This document shows, piece after piece, positions 46,471 through 58,835 of a stretch of DNA of 64,000 bases (position 1 is its first letter; every line of letters begins with the position of its first letter). The DNA lies in the NCBI GenBank assembly GCA_002269645.1, contig NIVC01000584.1, forward strand, positions 1 to 64,000, given 5' to 3'. Source of the stretch: Macrostomum lignano (taxonomy: Eukaryota). The notes under the pieces were generated by a model. The model made no database searches, was not told where the DNA came from, and was given only the letters and a program-made list of their open reading frames with translations. Both the position numbers and the translations under genes were made by a program.

Positions 46471-49400
46471 TCAGAGCATGGTGCCGGCGATGCTGGGGTG
46501 CTGGAACGGCCCGATCAGAAAGCATCGCTCGTCGTCTGATTTGTAGATTGGGTGCTCCCTGTAGTGTCTGATGAGGTCCTCCAGGTCTGAGAAGTACTTC
46601 TGCCCGATGTTGTAGCGGAGCCCGTTGGCGTCCGACACTCGGCGGATTTTGAAATTGCGGTTCTTCGCCTTGGCGCGCATGGTCAGGGTCAGGTCCTGCG
46701 GCTGTGGGGGCGGGGCTGAGCATATGCAGCTGGAGCGGAAACTGGGGAGCTGGAAGGCTGGCCCAGAAACTGAGAATCTGTGAGGCTGGTCCAGAAACTG
46801 AGAATCTGTGAGGCTGGTCCAGAAACTGAGAATCTGTGAGGCTGGCCTAGACACTGACACTCCAGGCTGGCTTAGCAACTGGAGAGCTGGGAGGCTGGCC
46901 TAGCAACTGGGGAGCTGGGAGGCTGGCCCAGCAACTGAGGATCTGGGAGGCTGGCCCAGCAACTGAGGATCTGAGAGGCTGGCAAAGCAACTGAGGATCT
47001 GGGAGGCTGACCCAGCAACAGAGGATCTGGGAGCTGGCCCAGCAACTGAGGATCTAAGAGGCTGGCCCAGCAACTGAGAATCTGAGAGACTGGCCCAGCA
47101 ACTGAGGATCTGGGAGGCTGACATAGCAACTGAAGATCTGGGAGGCTGGCCTAGCAACTGAGGATCTGGGAGGCTGGCCTAGCAACAGACACTCCAGGCT
47201 GACCCAGCAACTGGGGATCTGAGAGGCTAACCAGGCAACTGGGGAGCTGGGAGGCTGGCCTAGCAACAGATTACTTACATTTGATTCCCCGGCCCGCACG
47301 ATGAACTCCCCAGGCGCGGCCATCTGCATGAGCATTCTGTCCGCCTCGCTGCGGCCGATGCGACCCCAGTAGAAGCCGCGGTCCGCCAGGCTGTCGCCAG
47401 CCACAAAGGCCAGCCGGGGGTTCGCGCCGGCACTTCCGGTTCCATTCTGCCCGTCCTCCGGAGGCAGCGGCCGCACGTAGTTCCTGGGCACCAGGCCCTG
47501 CTGGCCGCGCGAGTTCCGCGCCAGCCACCACTCGGGATCGTCTGGCGGGGTGGCCACCACCTGCGGATTGGGGAGATGGGATCATCAGTCAATCAATTAA
47601 GATCCAACCCAAGCTGCATCAATCAGTCAATCAAGATCTCACCAATCAATTAGTCAATCAATCAATCAGTCCATCAAGATCCTATCAATCAATCAATCAG
47701 TGCATCTAGATCTTATCAATCAATCAATCTGTCAATCAAGATCTTATCAATCAATCAAGATCCCACCCAAGCTGCATCAATCAGTCAATCAAAATCTTAT
47801 CAATCAATCAATCAATCAGTCAGTCAGTCAATCAAGATCCTATCAATCAATCAATCAGTCCATTAACATCTCATTAATCAATTAAGATCCCACCCAAGCT
47901 GCATCAATCAGTCAATCAAGACCTTATAAATCAATCAAGATCCCACACAAGCTGCATTAATCAATCAATCAGTCAATCAAAATCCCATCAATCAGTCAAT
48001 CAAGATCTTATCAATCAATCAATCAATCAGTCAATCAAGATCTTATCAAATCAATCAAGATCCCACCCAAGCTGCATCAATCAATCAATCAATTAAGATT
48101 TTATCAATCAGTCAATCAAAATATTATCAATCAGTATCAGTCAATCAAGATCTTATCAATCAGTCAATCAATCAAGATCCCACCAATCAATCAATCACCC
48201 CAGTTGCATCAACCAATCAAGACCGGCAAAGCCTCACAGAAAGGGTCTCATTCTCGTCAAAGTCCATTTCCTCTGAGTGGCTGGCCGTGAACTTGTACAG
48301 AGCCAGCACCCTGAACAGGGTCTTGGCGGCGATAGGGACGGCGGCAGCTGCAGGCGCGCCGGACTCCATCTCGTTAGGCTTAGGTGTCAATTTTGACAGC
48401 TCAATTTCGTGGGCGTTTGAATCGGCTGCGCCGTTGGGGCCAAGAGAATCTTCAGCGACATAATTAGATGGGAACCAGCCCATCCCACCGCCTGCGGGCA
48501 AGTTAATAGCAGTGGCAGCGTTTTGCGGGTAGTAGTAGTGTATCAGTAGCAGTAGTATTAGTAGTAGTAGTATCAGCAATAGTAGTAGTAGAAATAGTAG
48601 AAATAGTAGTAGTAGTAGTAGCAGTAGTATTTTTCTCTTACATCATATAAGTTACTGCAAGACCGGTAAAGCTGTCACGTGACTGCTCTCAATCAATAGC
48701 GCTTGCTAGCAATAGAAACGCTTAGCTGTGCACTTATTCAGCTTATCCCTCTGATATCCTCAGCCATGCGAGTTGCTATCAAAAAGTTGCCCATGGCATC
48801 CTGCTCCTCGATACACATAACAATACAAACTTTTTGCATCACTTGGACCAGTCTCAATCGCAACCTTGAGCTACTTGACTAGTCAGTTGGGAGTCCAGCT
48901 AGTACAATTTACCTGAGACTCCGTCGGGCAGCAGCAGGCGGCCCCGCCACCAGCCGTCCGAGCTCTCCTCCAGCACGGCTATTCGATCGCCCCTGGCCAG
49001 GGTGAGCTCATCCTCCTGAGCAGCCGCGTAGGCGAACCGGGCCACGGCTACCCGGATAGGCGGCGGCTCCACGTTGGCGGGGACGCCGGCGGACTCTGGC
49101 CGGGCCACCAGCAGCTCCGCAGGGCTTGCTGCAGGCAGCCCGGACTCCGGCACGGGAGCGGCGTCGCTTTGCAGCTCCGGAGAGGCCACCACCACCCGCC
49201 TGTCCCCGGCTGGGGAGTCTTCTTTCTGCTTTTTCTTCTTCTTAGACAGGGAGCTCTTGAGCGAGCTGAACAGGCCCTGCTTGGCCCGCTTCATGTAGTT
49301 GCTGGGCACGTAGCCCTCATGGCCGGATGCGTTCTGCACCCGCCACCAGTGCTGGCTGTCATCCAGCAGCAGCAGCCGTTCGGACTTTTTCACCGTCAAT

Positions 49401-49516
49401 TCCGACTCGTCAACCGCCTTGTAGGCGTAGCGAGCCACCACTATGGAGCTGCTGGCGTCTGCCGCACCGGAGGCCGCCCCTGCTGCTGGTCCCGCACTTG
49501 CCACTGCGGTGGCCAT
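46471..49516 (-). CDS. NCK: Nck/Dock adaptor (SH3-SH3-SH3-SH2), 4 coding exons, 456 aa
   Basis: Exons 49516-48913, 48491-48238, 47560-47279, 46701-46471, in phase. Three SH3 domains (GYVPSNY, GWFPSNY, GLVPRNY) and SH2 (FYWGRIGRSEA...FIVRAGES...NRNFKI...IGQKYF). Confidence 0.95.
46740..47270. repeat. 28-29-bp minisatellite filling Nck intron 3
   Basis: Unit GGCTGGCCCAGCAACTGAGGATCTG(G/A)GA. Confidence 0.9.
47580..48220. repeat. (ATCA)n compound microsatellite filling Nck intron 2
   Basis: Direct inspection. Confidence 0.92.
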
Positions 49517-50608
49517 TGCATCTGACTTGCCTGGACTTTTTGGCACCTAATTGGGTCTTGGGAGTTGGCAGATCAGTGATGGGCTGCTTCAAGGCTGTTT
49601 TGCTTCAGTCATGAAGTCAAACAATTGCATGTATAGGCATTGAATTGAAATACCTGACAGATATCTGAAGTGATTAGTGATGGACTGATCTGTTCAGGCT
49701 TGACAAATAAGTTCACTGTGAAGTTTTAAATCACTTTATCAGATAGTTTTATATTATTAACACTTGAATTACAACTTAATGAGTTAGATTTGGTCAAAAC
49801 TATTATGAGCTTCATATTGAAATGCTCATCTTTTAGATGATTTCCAGTGTATCACAGATTTTTTGGACGTACAAGATAAAAAGCCCACATAGTCATGCAA
49901 AGAAGATTCCTATGAAAAAGCCAATTGCATATATGCTTTTTTCCTCAACTATTACTATATATTAAGTTATATCACATAATTGTTGTACTTTTAGATTGCT
50001 TAGAAGGCTTGAAGTATCATTTCTTTATATCATGACTAGGTATGTATGCAATTGAATTTTCTATGGCCATACCCAATACCAACAAGTGTGTGATAGTCAA
50101 GGTGCCTAATAAGACTACTAAGACTACAAATATTATGTCATTTATTGTCTATCAGCATACTAAAATCCTCATAAGATAGTTGGCAAACTTATTAACCAAT
50201 ATATTAACCTTTGAAATTGAAAACCCAAATGACATTATAAACTTGTATACAAATATTAGGGCCTAGGGCATATGGGCTCATTGCAAAGGCCAAGTTCTAT
50301 TAGCTTAAAGGGACTTCCTCAAAGATTAGAATTCTACTTATTTATTAGAATATTTAATTTGTTGTTGAAATGAGAGACAAATAGATTAATAAAGAAGAAA
50401 GATAAGAGACTTTTATCGATGTGGATATTAACTTTAGCAACAGGATAATGTCCATTAAAATATATTTTACCTCTTCCTAATATGAACCTTATGTTATATG
50501 ATAGACATATGTTAAATGGGGCATAAAACTTTAGAGTGATTTCTTTAAACAATAAAAAGTAGGTCTAATTATGTTACTTTTTCACAAAGCTTTTTATTCT
50601 TAGAGTAC

Positions 50609-50934
50609 TATGGCAGGCGAGATGCCACTGTAACAGACTATACTTCACTTGCCCCATGTGTGGCCCAGATTTTTCCTGTCCTGGGTCTCTTTTCTTCTTT
50701 TCCTATTTCTGGCCCTTTTCATCCCTCAGTTGGATTTTTGTTTATTTGTGCACTGTTTTGCAGTAATTTTGTGCCTGACCACCTTTGGCCAAAATTTTGT
50801 CTATCACTCAGTCCAGTGCTTGTCTCCACTGTCTAGGCTGTTAGTTTCATGCTATTTAATCTACCATTTTTGGCTCTCTTTCTCCTCTCTCTCCTTTTCT
50901 TTTCTTGCTCTATCTCTATCTCTCTCTCTCTCAC

Positions 50935-50983
<49 letters not shown>

Positions 50984-51400
50984 CTTTAGTACTTGCTAAC
51001 TGATTTTACCCAACTTTTGACACTAATTTATTAAGTTTAGCTTGTAGCCAATTTTGTTTGATAAGCAACAGTTAGCCTTTGTGCCTTGGCACCTGTGAAT
51101 TAATCTCTGTTGTATAATTTTAGCAATTAAACTAACTTGCTAATATTTATCCCCTTATCTTTGATTGCTCAGTAATAATTTTAATAATAATAAGTTGTAC
51201 CAAGCATTTATTCATTGATCAATAAGCCATAGCCTATCTTGAGTTATTTGACTGCGGGGCATAAAACAACTAAACAATTCTCATCTTAAAGGAAGCTCTG
51301 GGACTCATTTGTTCCATAATACAAAAATTATGGTGGTGGCAGCTCTACTCTACTAATAGTAATCAGTTCAACAAATCAACATAAAATCAATATAATCCTA
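50609..51400 (+). mobile_element. Second LTR + PBS + leader start of the same gypsy family; coding region absent
   Basis: Start TATGGCAGGCGAGATGCCACTGTAA, end ...AAGCTCTGGGACTCATTTGTTCCATAATACA (51323), PBS TGGTGGTGGCAGC (51331-51343). Leader CTACT.TACT...GTAAT.AG.T.A.CAAATC matches the reverse complement of 6535-6567. Confidence 0.8.
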
Positions 51401-51739
51401 ATCATCTAATCATGGTCTTGCTAGGTCCTATTTTATAGTAGTTCTTTTAATATTTTGAAAAGCTTTTATAAATAGTATAACATTAGGACTATAGTTTTGT
51501 TTTGCTCTATCAAATTGGCCAATATATTAATCATACATGTGCAACTGCTGGCCGACCTGGCCGATCTAGCCACCGTAAATCGTGGCTGACCAGGGGTAAG
51601 TCGCAAAATTGAGTTGACCAAAAACAGAAAAACACAAGAATCAAGAAAGGCAAGAGGAAAGGAAAAGAAAGAGCAGTTCAGGGAAAATGGTGAAGCAAAA
51701 GAAAAACAAGTCACAAAAGAAGCAAACTAAGTTGTAAAA

Positions 51740-52515
51740 AGAATCAGGTAAGTTGCAAAAAGGATTAGGTAAGTTGCAAAAGAAGCAAACTAAGTTGCAA
51801 AAAGGATCAGGTAAGTCGCAACAAGGATCAGGTAAGTCGCAAAAAGGATTAGGTAAGTCGCAAAAAGGATTAGGTAAGTCGCAAAAGGATTAGGTAAGTC
51901 GCAAAAGGATTAGGTAAGTCGCAAAAGGATTAGGTAAGTTGCAAAAGGATTAGGTAAGTTGCAAAAAGGATCAGGTAAGTTGCAAAAAGGATCAGGTAAG
52001 TTGCAAAAGGGTTAGGTAAGTCGCAAAAAGGATCAGGTAAGTCGCAAAAGGATCAGGTAAGTTGCAAAAGGGTTAGGTAAGTCGCAAAAAGGATCAGGTA
52101 AGTTGCAAAAAGGATCAGGTAAGTCGCAAAAGGATCAGGTAAGTTGCAAAAGGGTTAGGTAAGTCGCAAAAAGGATCAGGTAAGTCGCAAAAGGATCAGG
52201 TAAGTTGCAAAAGGGTTAGGTAAGTCGCAAAAAGGATCAGGTAAGTTGCAAAAAGGATCAGGTAAGTCGCAAAAGGATCAGGTAAGTTGCAAAAGGGTTA
52301 GGTAAGTCGCAAAAAGGATCAGGTAAGTCGCAAAAGGATCAGGTAAGTTGCAAAAGGGTTAGGTAAGTCGCAAAAAGGATCAGGTAAGTTGCAAAAAGGA
52401 TCAGGTAAGTTGCAAAAGGGTTAGGTAAGTCGCAGAAGAATTAGGTAAGTCGCAAAAAGGATTAGGTAAGTTGCAAAAAGGATTAAGTAAGTTGCAAAAA
52501 GGATTAGGTAAGTCG
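51740..52515 (+). repeat. 20-21-bp minisatellite, about 38 copies, each containing (C/T)AGGTAAGT
   Basis: Units AAAAAGGATCAGGTAAGT(T/C)GC and AAAAGGGTTAGGTAAGTCGC. Confidence 0.95.
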
Positions 52516-52697
52516 CAAAAGGAGCAAATAAGTCGCAATAAGAGTCGCAGTAAGTCACAATCAGAGGCAATCAGGGTGTAGTAGGTGCAAGTGTGGCAGG
52601 AGAGCAAAAACAGAATAGAAGCCTTCAACCACAGACAAGATCTTTGAAATCAGCAGCCTGTGTCAACAGTTTCCCATTGATTTCTTAAACTCTGGAG

Positions 52698-52750
52698 CAG
52701 GGGTCGGCAAACTCCGGCTCGCAAAGCCCCTCTATCTGGCCCTCGCCCTT
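52698..52750 (+). mobile_element. hAT-type left terminus, isolated
   Basis: CAGGGGTCGGCAAACTCCGGCTCGC resembles hAT/Charlie TIRs. No matching right end found. Confidence 0.5.
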
Positions 52751-52789
52751 TGGGTTCTTTGAAACTTCCTAACTAGCAAGGTTGGTGTC

Positions 52790-53480
52790 TCTTCAACTCT
52801 CATCTCTCTCTTCTTCTCTACCTTGCCTCCCCTCTTCTCTCTCTCTCCTCTTTTCCCTCTTCTCTCTCCTCTCATTTTTACTCTCCTTTCTTCTCCCCTC
52901 TCCTTTCTCCCTTTTTCTCTCTACCCTTTCTCCTCAATGCCCTCTTCTTTCCTCTTATCTTCAGCAAAAATATGTGCATATTTTCTTACTTCAAAGTAGA
53001 GGGAATAGAAGATTAGAGATAAGCAAACAGAGGAGAGGCGAGCGATGCGATGGGAGAAAAGATAGAAAAGGAGAGAAAAGCTGAGGGAGGAAAAAGAGAT
53101 GAGAGAAAAGAGGAGATGAGAGGAAAGAGGAAAGATAAGATGATGGATGAGATCAGAAGAGAGGAAAGAAGAAAGAGGAGAGAGTAGATGAGAGAAGAGA
53201 GGATAAAGAGGAGATGAGAGGAGAGTGAAGAGAGGCAGAGATGAGAGAGTAGAGAAGAGAGGAGAGATAAGATGAGAGAGTAGAGTGGAGGGAGACGAGA
53301 GGAAAGATAAGATGAAAGAGTAGAGTGGAATGGAGAGAGACGAGAGGAGAGATAAGAATTTAGAGAGGAGACAGAAAAGATAAGAAAGGAGAGGAAAGAG
53401 AGGAGAGGAGAGGAAAGAGAGAAGGGAAGAGGGATGAGAGAGAAAAGAAAAAGAGGATGAGAAGATTGAGGAAAGGAGGG
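52790..53480. repeat. Low-complexity CT tract followed by an AG tract
   Basis: 52790-52960 is pyrimidine-rich and 53000-53480 is purine-rich. Confidence 0.85.
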
Positions 53481-55370
53481 AATTCGCAGAGGCCTCAAAT
53501 CTTAATTTAACATGCATTTACTCCTATCTTTGCCTTTTTCCTAACTGTTAACAAGTTTTTGTTTGAGCATGACTTCAAATTTAGAATCTATGCAAAAATA
53601 GTTCTGGGAATTGGAATTCAGTGGTTTAAAAATCTGTGGGTTTTCACAGCTTGTATCTCTACTGGATTCGTATTTTGCATCTGATGAGCCATCTGAATCA
53701 GGGCTCTCAGCTTCAATGCCAAATTTTCTAGCAAATCATTCTTGAACTATAGTTCATACTGTATTCAGTGTTTCACTTACTTCTAGACATTCATGAATCA
53801 TGAGTCTTCATGACTTTTGTAGTATGCTCACTACACTGTACTAAGATAATTTACTAATTGCTTCAGGCCGCCACTAGATGACATACTGATTAGCTATTAT
53901 AAAAACGCAGAATCTGCACACAGTACTAATTAGCTGGCGAGGCATTAGCTTTGAAAATATTGTCATAGTTACTTCTGCCATTTACTCTAAAGTTTTTGCT
54001 TGGCTCTCTTTCATGGTAAGTTGATTTTTTTATCAAAAACTAAGTCACATGGCCAGCGTAATTTTAGAAGTTGCGCATGTATGATATTAATAGACTTAAA
54101 TTTAGTTAAATAGAAATTAAATATCTAACATACCTTATCTATAGGTCTTATTTACAAATTTACATTGTTGCATTGAATAGAACATTACTTACATTGAAAA
54201 AATAAAGAGATACCTATATACTAGGTCCGTCTAGGATAAATGAGCATTGACTAAAATGATCTGCTATTTAAGACCATTTGTTAGTTTACAAAGTATTGTG
54301 ACAGTAAACTAATAGACTATAAAATTGTTGATCACTGCCAGTCTTTCTTAGGCTACTTCAGAATTAGATTATGAATACTAGGCTAGAATAGATATACATA
54401 AAAACACAAACCATAATCTCAAATCTCAATAGGCCTATTCATTTGCAAATTATATAAATAAGTAGTTTACCACAATGATGACTAAATTTAGTTGAAATGT
54501 GTCAAAAAAGCAATAAATAGGGCCTATTGATGTAATTGCTATTGAATTGACATCAGACATCGACATGGAAGGCTAGGCCCAATCATAAATGGAACATTAG
54601 GGTTAGGCTAAGTATTGCTTGACATTGACTGTTGGCTTAGTAAAAATTTAGGTTGGCTTTGTAGGCCTATTACTAACAATAACAGACCTATTTTTTCATA
54701 GGGACTTGAGTTCTACAGAAGTTCTAGGCCTAGTAAATTTATTTGTCATAGGCCTATTATATTACTAAATAACAATAACATTAACATACACTCATACAAT
54801 ACAATACAATACGAACAACTGCAATTTTATTGGTTTAATTATCTAGCAGTTGAATAATTTCATAAATGTTACCAACCTCTTTTGGGCGTATCTTCTGATA
54901 TAACTAGATCCTTTAGGTTTTCTTAATGACTAATACCATCTATAGTGGCCAGTCCTGGTACGGTTTAATTCACGGGTTTTCCATAAATGGATTTAGAGCT
55001 AAAGGACCAACTTTTTCTTAGAACTGTATAAATTATAAACAAATTATAGTAGGACTTTGCTGGAAACACGCTTGCTTTTTTTACAAATTGATGCATTTTT
55101 TTATTATAAAGTGTAGCTTTAAAAAACAGGTCGTAGAGTTATTTTTGTCGTGGTTCTTGTCTGTCTGTTATAAACTTTGCGCATATTTTAATGTCATTTT
55201 TTCAAAAGATTTTTGTCATCGGAAACTTAAGTTGAGCTCCACATTAAATTATTTGAACTTGACTTGACTATATTTTGCTTCTTTATAATAACTTTAAAGC
55301 AAGTAAACTATCGCTGAAGTTTCCATCCATAACGAAAGCTCCGGCCATTCTTTTCTGATAATTGGAAGTC

Positions 55371-58300
55371 ATGGCTTTGGTTGGAATTCATGACTGTACT
55401 CGGGTATGCTACCCTTATACTTTTCACAACTTATGCAGCCTGCTTACCTTATTGCTAATGTGCTATTGTGTCTTTTTCGATTGAACAGTTTTTGCAACCT
55501 GCCATTAGAAGATTTAGTCAACTAAACCGTACACTCATTCAGCAATAGTGTATTTTTTTCAAAAGTAAAAAACCCTTGAACGAAAATATCGTAGTCGTAG
55601 TCTTTCTTTCAATTTTTTACCTTCATGAAGTTTATTAGAACTAAGCACAATATTTACTTCAGCTCCACGAGGAGAATGAGCGACTAAAAAAGCGCATTCA
55701 ACAACTCAGGGTGGAGCGGACTGAGCTTGAGCGCGAGTTAGCCGGGTTTCGAGAGCGACAGCGCATTGAAGACATTCTCGAAGGGCATGTGCGGAAAAGA
55801 ACGTAAGAGATGGTTTCGCTGGTATTGCGCCAATAATTTAGTGCAAAGTCTTAATTCAACTCGTGCGATACAAGCAAAACTACATGTATCGTCTTTTGCA
55901 CGGCCTTCTACAGCTCAATGACTCAGACTGAGCCTTGCGATCTGGACGGTGGGCACCTCGGCGGAGGTCGGCGCGGCAAGCGAGCCTCCGAGAGCGAGGT
56001 GGTCGAGAAGCTGCTGACGATGCAGCAGCAGGCCAGGATTCTGTACGAGAAGGAGTTGAAAAAGGGAGCAGATCATGTGCAGATGATCACTGCTCAGAAT
56101 GTGAGCTGTTAAGAGGCTTTGATGCCGCAACTGATCAGTTCTTTTCTTATTCATGCATAAGTTAGTGGTACAAGTACGCTTCTCTCACATTTTGGGAACC
56201 TCCAGCTATGTACCATTTTTAACAGTGCCTGAATGTCAAAAAGTAACGAAAATGAAATCTTAAATCTTTTTCCAGGGCAAAATTCTCGAACTACAAAAGG
56301 AGCTCACAAAAGCTGAGCGACAGGTCAAGCAGCTGGAGAATGACAAGCTGAAGCTGAAGAAGCAGCTGTCCGCAGTTTCAGGTCAGCTGACAGTTTGTGT
56401 TGTCAAATTTGCGCTGCAGCAAAGCTTTACAAGCATAAACTTTTAGATGTTCGAAATTGTGAAATTTTGAGCGACGTATTCCGCAACAGTACTAGCGGCT
56501 CTGGATTGCTCATCGTCAGGCCAAGGACCTCTGTAGCATAACAGTTCGTGCGTTTTTTAAGGCCTATTTCCTGAAAAAATACACTGCGGAGATGGGAAAA
56601 ACAATATGAAAATGAAACTTACACTACATTGCAGCTACTGAAATATAAAGGGAGCACGAGAATTTCCCGCCGCAAGTTTTCCCGTCGAGGTTTGCCCGCG
56701 CGAGCTTTTCCCGCGGCGAGGTTTTCAGGCAGGAGATTTTCCCACAGCGAGGTTTCCCGCCGAGATTTGCCCGCGCGAGCTTTTCCCACAGCGAGGTTTC
56801 CCGCCGAGATTTCCCACAGCGAGGTTTCCCGCCGAGATTTCCCACAGCGAGGTTTCCCGCCGAGATTTCCCACAGCGAGGTTTCCCGCAGAGGTTTCACA
56901 CAGCGAGGTTTCCCGCCGAGATTTCCCACAGCGAGGTTTCCCGCAGAGGTTTCACACAGCGAGGTTTCCCGCCGAGATTTCCCACAGCGAGGTTTCCCGC
57001 AGAGGTTTCCCACAGCGAGGTTTCCCGCCGAGATTTCCCACAGCGAGGTTTCCCGCAGAGGTTTCCCACAACGAGGTTTCCCGCAGAGGTTTCCCACAGC
57101 GAGGTTTCCCGCCGAGGTTTTTCTCACAGGGTTTTTCCTGTCGGAATTCTAAGTCAACTCCAGTCTATAGACAATGCTGGATTAGATTAGAACTAGGCTA
57201 GGCTAGACTAGACGACGTAAACTAGACTAGATTAAAAACTGGACTAGCTTGAAAATTAGACTAGATTAACAACTAGACTAAATTAACAACTAGACTAGAT
57301 TAACAACTAGACTAGATTAACAACTAGACTAGATTAAAAACTAGACTAGATTGAAAACTAGACTAGATTGAAAACTAGACTAGATTGAAAACTAGACTAG
57401 ATTGAAAACTAGAGTAGATTAGAACTAGACTAGATTAGAACTAGACTAGATTAAAAACTAGACTAGATTAAAAACTAGACTAGAGTAACAACTAGACTAG
57501 ATTAACAACTAGACTAGATTAAAAACTAGACTAGATTGAAAACTAGACTAGATTGAAAACTAGACTAGATTGAAAACTAGACTAGATTGAAAACTAGAGT
57601 AGATTAGAACTAGACTAGATTAGAACTAGACTAGATTAAAAACTAGACTAGAGTAACAACTAGACTAGATTAGAACTAGACTAGATTAGAACTAGACTAG
57701 ATTAGAACTAGACTAGATTAGAACTAGACTAGATTAGAACTAGACTAGATTAGAACTAGACTAGATTAGAACTAGACTAGAATAGATTTGAAATCCGATT
57801 GGATTTGACTTGAAATTCCGGCAGGAATAACCCTGCGGGGAAATCTCGGCGGGAAAATCTCCTGCGGGAAATTCTCGTAGACCCTATATAAAATATAGCA
57901 GAGTAGTGTGGCCGCATGTCCCCACGAGCGCCCCATAGGCTTCCAGAGGCGAATAAACCGAGGTGCTTGCAATCTGCAGAAGAGCACTATACCGTAGGCC
58001 TATAGTCTGTGTTATGCAATTTCCAAATTCGGATAGCCGCTATTTGCTTCTCATTTCAGACTCCCGAGTTCAAAGCTTGCAACGAAAGATCGACGCGCTG
58101 AAAGAAGAGAATGCAAATCTCCGGTCTGAGCTGCGCGGTCTGGACAGCGTGAGCACGAGCTCTGTTTGAATTGCCGCCATGTATTGTTTCAAATAGAAGT
58201 TAAACAAAATTGTTTTGTCAGTTTAGACAGACTTATTAATTCTTGCCCAAATGAAGGGTCATGGAGGGCCAAATGAAGGGTCATGGAGGGCAATGCTTGG

Positions 58301-58835
58301 CCAAATAAAGGGTCATGGAGAGCAATTAATGCTTGGCCAAATGAATGGTCATGGAGAGCAATTAATGCTTGGCCAAATGAATGGTCATGGAGAGCAATTA
58401 ATGCTTGGCCAAATGAAGGGTCATGGAGGGCAGAGCTTGGCCAAATGAAGGGTCATGGAGGGCAAAGCTTGGCCAAATGAAAGGTCATGGAGGGAAAGCT
58501 TGGCCAAATGAAAGGTCATGGAGGGAAAGCTTGACCAAATGAAAGGTCATGGAGGGAAAGCTTGGCCAAATGAAAGGTCATGGAGGGAAAGCTTGGCCAA
58601 ATGAAAGGTCATGGAGGGAAAGCTTGGCCAAATGAAAGGTCATGGCGAGTTCAAAACTCCACTCTGCCGCGTTCCGCAGGACTTCTTCAACGAAATCGAG
58701 GACATCAAGTTCGCCCTAGACCAGGCCGTCCGCCTGAACCAGCGCTACGAGAAGTGCTTCCAGCATCTGTGCTCAAAGTACGGCATTCCGCTGGACTCTT
58801 GGCAACTCGGATTGCGAACCGACAACGCCGTTTGA
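55371..58835 (+). CDS. Coiled-coil protein, 236 aa, 6 exons, with a CEP290-like C-terminal motif
   Basis: Exons 55371-55403, 55663-55802, 55914-56100, 56276-56381, 58060-58148, 58680-58835, in phase (711 nt). LRGLDSDFFNEIEDIKF resembles the CEP290 tail FDPSFFEEIEDLKY. First exon is tentative. Confidence 0.75.
56650..57884. mobile_element. Foldback/Mutator-like element (1235 bp), family A, in an intron
   Basis: TIR GGGAGCACGAGAATTTCCCGC versus reverse complement GGGTCTACGAGAATTTCCCGC. Left arm expanded into a CACAGCGAGGTTTCCCGC array; inner TIR portions match. Internal ACTAGACTAGATT array 57180-57780. Flanks AATATAAA/TATATAAA. Confidence 0.8.
58245..58645. repeat. 31-36-bp minisatellite TGGCCAAATGAA(A/G)GGTCATGGAG...
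   Basis: Fills intron 5 of the coiled-coil gene. Confidence 0.9.

Noticed and set aside
52592-52600. TGTGGCAGG as the start of a 3' LTR for the 50609 element
   Set aside because: The match stops after 9 nt and there is no LTR body.
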